A stretch of 64,000 nt of DNA from Octopus sinensis (Eukaryota), in the NCBI RefSeq assembly GCF_006345805.1, contig NC_043016.1, forward strand, positions 14,756,001 through 14,820,000. Reading direction: 5' to 3'. The notes below the pieces were generated by a model that was not told where the DNA came from, made no database searches, and saw only the letters and a program-made list of their open reading frames with translations. Each line of letters starts with the position of its first letter. Positions within the stretch are counted from its first letter, which is position 1. Positions 59,406 to 64,000 of the stretch are shown piece by piece. The position numbers were made by a program, and so were the translations under genes.

Positions 59406-59610
59406 TACATATACATATACATATATATACACACACATCATCATCACGTCGTTTTAAATGTTCACCTGTTCATGCTTGCATGAAATTAGGGTTTATTGAG
59501 GCAGATTTTCTACACCCAGATGCACTTTCTGTTTCCAACCCTCACCTGTTTCCAGGCCAGGTAATATTTCTCCATAGCCACATTATGTTCTCACAGAATA
59601 TTGGAAATGA
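58880..59610. repeat. (TA)n array with alternating (CAT)n/(GAT)n tracts and two opposed RTE tails
   Basis: RTE tail (+) 58990-59090, RTE tail (-) 59437-59610. Confidence 0.85.
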
Positions 59611-59904
59611 ATGACAATGCTTGTATGATAGGGATAACAATTTTACAACTATCACACAATATCAAGACGATGAGAAACAAACATCCACACACACTCACAA
59701 ACACACACACATATGTGTGTGTGTGTGTGTGTGTGTGTTGTATATGATGGGCTTTGGTCAACCCAGGGTTATAGGGATTGGGAAGCAAGCTTCTTACTAC
59801 ACAGTCATACCTACCTCTGTATTCATGTGTATAAATACAATAAATGTCATACAGCAGGAAAAAAAGGGATTACTTAACAAAGTTTCACTGCAAAAAATAA
59901 ATAA

Positions 59905-60270
59905 ATCATCATCATCATCATCATCGTTTAGCGTCCGCTTTCCATGCTGGCATGGGTTGGATGGTTCAACCGGGGTCTGGGAAACCAGAAGGCTGCACCA
60001 GGCCCAGTCTGATCTGGCAATGTTTCTACAGCTGGATACCCTTCCTAACACCAACCACTCCGTAAGTGTAGTGGGTGCTTTTTATGTGCAACCGGCACAG
60101 GTGCCAGACGAGGCTGGCAAATGGCCACGATCGGATGGTGCTTTTTACGTGCCACCAGCACGAGACCAGTTGGGGCAGCGCTGGCAACGGCCACGTTCGG
60201 ATGGTTCTCTTACGTACCACCGGCACTGGTATCACATCTGCAATTTCCATTGATGTTGATCGATTTCGAT
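59905..60270 (-). mobile_element. RTE LINE 3' end fragment
   Basis: (CAT)n cgtttagcgtccgctttccatgctggcatggg...; internal tandem units. Confidence 0.85.
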
Positions 60271-60331
60271 TTAAATAAACTATAATTTTAAAAGTAATTT
60301 TAAAAAATAAAAAAGCAATCAATGACAATAG

Positions 60332-60848
60332 GTGCAGGAGTGGCTGTGTGGTAAGTAGCTTGCTTACGAACCATATGGTTCCAGGTTCAGTCCCACTGTG
60401 TGGCACCGCAGGCAAGTGTCTTCTACTGTCTCCCATGCTGGTGGCACATAAAAAGCACCATCCAAACATGGCTGATGCCAGTAACCCCTGACTGGCCCCC
60501 GTGCCGGTGGCACATAAAAAGTACTATCTGAACATGATCGATGCCAGGCCTGCCTGACTGGCTCCTGTACTGGTGGCCTTGTGAGTGAATCTGGTAGATG
60601 GAAACTGAAAGAAGCTCATAGTACATATATATGTATATGTGTGTGTCTGTTTGTCCTCCCACCATCGCTTGACAACTGATGTTGGTGTGTTTACATCCCT
60701 GTAACTTAGCGGTTTGGCAAAAGAGATTGATAGAATAATTACTAGGCTTACAAAGAATAAGTCCTGGGGTCGATTTGTTTGACTAAAGCCGGTGCTCCAG
60801 CATGGTCACAGTCAAATGACTGAAACAAATAAAAGAATAAAAGAATAT
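60332..60848 (+). mobile_element. SINE family A carrying inserted RTE-UTR units
   Basis: Head 60332-60428, 66-bp-type units 60430-60575, then SINE body and tail. Confidence 0.8.
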
Positions 60849-60914
60849 GAAATTAAGTTTGAGAAAGGCCATTTGGATGTCATACTTAGTATTCTCAATA
60901 ATGTGTACACTTTA

Positions 60915-61590
60915 AGGTGGTGAGCTGACAGAATTGTTAGCAAGCCGAGTAATATCGTAGCTGTGGCCAGTTCGTCCTGACTGGCTCCTGTGCCAGTGGC
61001 ATGTAAAAAGCTTCATCCAAACGTGACTGATGCCAGTACCCACTGACTGGCTCCTGTGCCAGTGGCACGTAAAAAGCACTATCCAAACATGATCGATGCC
61101 GGGCCCACCTGACTGGCTCCTGTGCTGGTGGTGCATAAAAAGCACCATCCAAATGTAGCCGATGCCGATACCCCCTGACTGGGCTCCCCTGCCAGTGGCA
61201 TGTAAAAGCCCTATCTGAATGTGATCGGTGTGAGGAGCGCCTGACAGGCTCCTGATGGTTGGTGTTAGGAAGAGCATTCAGCTGTAGAAACATTGCCAGA
61301 TCAGATTGGAGCCAGGTGCAACCTCCTAGCTTTCCAGACCTCAGTCAAACTGTCCTACCCATGCCAGCATGGAAAACGGACGTTAAACGATGATGATGAT
61401 GATGATGTAAAATACTTGGTGGAATTTTGCCCATCCTTTATGTTCTGAGTTCAAATTCCACCGAGGACAACTTTGCCTTTCATCTTTTCGGAATTGACAA
61501 ATTAAGTATCACTTGTGCCCTGGGGTTGAAGTAACCAACTGACCTACCCACCTGAAATTGCTGGCCTTGTGCCAAAATTTGAGACCAATA
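60915..61590 (+). mobile_element. SINE family B interrupted by an RTE 3' fragment (60955-61407) with a 66-bp tandem array
   Basis: SINE head gagctgacagaattgttagc...gagtaa resumes after (GAT)n as taaaatacttggtgg...gagttcaaattccaccgagg. Confidence 0.85.
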
Positions 61591-62479
61591 TGTTATTGGC
61601 CTCAAAATCAAATAAAACTATTGGCTTGAGATTTCTAGATGTGTTAAATCTGAACCTGATATAGGTGATCAATCAATCAATCAATAATACTTATTTATCT
61701 AATAGAAATGTGATAAAAAGTCACTAGTTTCTAAGTTGTTTTTTTTTCATAATCAGGTGAAACCATTAACAGGCTGTTATTCATTATGTCTTCAAGGGAT
61801 TTGTGTACTTGTACCGTGTAGAATGTGTTTGTGTGACATTTTGCAAAATGATTACAGTGAAATGATTTTGACCATAAATTGAAATTATGTCATGGAGTCG
61901 GAGGCATTAAAACTTACTTACTACCGACTGGTTTGCAGCAGTCATGTGTGTTTATAGCAGAGAATGACTATCTTAGTAACAACATAGAAATATAAAGGCT
62001 ATAATCCACAATGATATTTAAAATTAGGTATTAATACCTTAATTAAACAATGATAGCAAAAGAGAGAGAGAGGCTGGGGGAGAATGAAAAACAATTAACT
62101 GATGTACTTGTGGTTGTTGTTGTTTTTGTTTTTGTTGTTGTTTTTGTTGTTGATGGTGGATTTTGTTGTGGCAGTCAAGTTTTATAGATTTAGATTGAGA
62201 TCTGTCAGCCTTGGGATATTGCAGTCCTGTATATTCTAAGTATTACCCAGCAGTTTTATAATCATCAAGTGGTGGTGGTGGTGGTGGTTGTAGTACCACC
62301 AACATTTGTGGTGATGTGATCTACTATATAATATAATGTATTCAAGTGGCTGAGGTCAAGTACACAATGCAACCACAATGTAATATATTGTGGTCCAATG
62401 TTTTTCTCAATGGTCTTGTCCTGTGAGGATTGAAAACCAAAAAAAGGCAAAGTGCTCCAAGCAGCACTTTTCATCCTGT

Positions 62480-62947
62480 TGTAAGCTATTGTTGTCGGCA
62501 ATATGTGCGAGCCATGGAAGTGCTTACAACATTGTCAAATCACTTGGTTTTTCAAAAGTGTGTGCCCGTTGGGTACCAAGAGAGCTGAATACTAAATGCA
62601 AATCTGACAGGGTCATTGCCTGCACTTACCAGATTTAGTGCCTTCAGACTATCATCTCTTCAGCCCCATGAAAGAGGGTTTGAGAGGCAAACATTATTCC
62701 AGTGACAAGGAAGTGAAAACTGTAGTGAAGAAGTGACTCAAAGAACAGTCAACAGAATTTTACGGGGCAGGGATGCATGCTCTCATTCGAAGGTGGAATA
62801 TTGCTATTGAGAGAAACAGTGACTATGTTGAGAAGTAGGGATGTGATCCACAAAGGACCAGCTTCATTTTGATGTATGATACATGTTCCTGTGTTGGTAA
62901 TTATACCTGGCCTAAACAAAATGACATTACTTTTTAACTCACCCTCC
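62480..62947 (+). mobile_element. Internally deleted mariner remnant
   Basis: GFSKVCARWVPREL joined to PDLVPSDYHLF...RRWNIAIERNSDYVEK*; right TIR cattactttttaactcaccctcc. Confidence 0.85.
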
Positions 62948-62994
62948 ACATGGTTACCAACCTCATGGTTCCAGGCTCAGCCTCACTGCATAGC

Positions 62995-63161
62995 ACATAG
63001 GCACAGGAGTGGCTGTGTGGTAAGAAGTTTGCTTCCCAGCCACATGGTTCTGGGTTCAATCCCACTGCGTTGCATCTTGGGCAAGTGTTGTCTAGTTTAG
63101 CCTTCGGCTGACCAAAGCCTTGTGAGTGAATTTGGTAGATGGAAACTGAAAGAAACCCATC

Positions 63162-63220
<59 letters not shown>

Positions 63221-63385
63221 GTATGTATGTATATATGTGTATGCATGTATGTATGTTGTGTTTATGTCCCTGTAACTTAGTAGTTTGGCAAAAGAGACCA
63301 ATAGAATAAGTACAAGGCTTACAAAGAATAAGTCCTGGGGTCGATTTGCTCCAGAATGGCCACAGTCAAATGACTGAATTGAATG
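62995..63385 (+). mobile_element. SINE family A, full length
   Basis: ggcacaggagtggctgtgtggtaag ... (TA)n ... gaataagtcctggggtcgatttgc ... ggccacagtcaaatgactga. Confidence 0.88.
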
Positions 63386-63699
63386 TGTGTATGTTTGTGT
63401 TGTTCCCCCCCCCCTCTCCGCACTGCATGACATCCAGTGTTTGATTACATTCCTGTAATTTAGCAAAAAAAAAAAAAAAAGAAAGAAGAAAAAGTTATCG
63501 AGTAAGTACCAGACTTAAAAGATAAGTATAGGGTTCCATTTGTTTGGCTAAAACCCTTCAGGATGATGCCCCAGCATGGCCACAGTTCAATGACTGAAAT
63601 GAGTAAAAGATAAAAAGTAACTTTTGTGGAATGGCAGAAATAGCCAAACACTGAACTAAAGTGCATGTATTATTTGGTAATATTTCAGTTTATTTTTAA

Positions 63700-63860
63700 G
63701 GTTGTGAGCTGAGAAAATCGTTAGCACGGTGGGCAAAATGGATGGCAGCATTTTTGACTGTCTTCATGTTCTGAGATCAAATACCACAGAGGTTGACTTT
63801 GCCTTTTATCCTTCCGGGTTGAACACTGGAGATGAGGTAATCGACCTACCCTCTCTCCAC
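63700..63860 (+). mobile_element. SINE family B, diverged
   Basis: gagctgagaaaatcgttagcacg...gttctgagatcaaatacc...gttgactttgcc. Confidence 0.7.
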
Positions 63861-64000
63861 CACCACCACCACCACCACCAAATTTGTTTCAGTTTATTTT
63901 GTATTTAAATTCAGCTGCAGCCAACTTTTTTGTTTATCCTTTCAAAGTTGATAAAATAAATAAATACCAGTGATTTATTAATGTCAATCAATTACTTGTC

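Noticed and set aside
59074-59614. Tyr/Ile-rich ORFs here and at 35.4, 38.4 and 46.4 kb
   Set aside because: Translations of (TA)n/(TG)n microsatellites

Overview
AT-rich, microsatellite- and transposon-dense animal genomic DNA, almost certainly a coleoid cephalopod and most likely Octopus (judged from the SINE/LINE repertoire and the encoded protein). The only recognisable protein-coding gene is synaptobrevin (VAMP1/2/3 family R-SNARE) on the minus strand, 1994-39459. I assembled it by hand from GT-AG splice sites: exons of 2, 42, 106, 79, 80, 52 and 17 coding nt = 378 nt = 125 aa, with the start codon split AT|G across a ~25.3 kb first intron. The main surprise is a second, intact 52-nt transmembrane exon (8182-8233) beside the first (9007-9058). 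One resembles the VAMP1/2 TMD and the other the VAMP3/cellubrevin TMD. With a skippable 42-nt N-terminal exon and extra candidate last exons, one gene may produce both neuronal-type and housekeeping-type v-SNAREs by splicing. Other highlights: a tRNA-headed SINE with a Penelope-like tail carrying a minimal hammerhead ribozyme and an inverted tail copy (53.4-53.8 kb); a near-perfect 67-bp hairpin in intron 1; an RTE LINE with a twin-priming-type 5' inversion; a mariner nested in a mariner; R4/Dong LINEs stacked in (TAA)n; and a CpG-retaining promoter with a candidate divergent spliced transcript. Most ORF-track entries are translations of microsatellites or TE fragments. TE boundaries are approximate unless a TSD or TIR is quoted. 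Comparisons with known proteins and families are from memory, not database searches.
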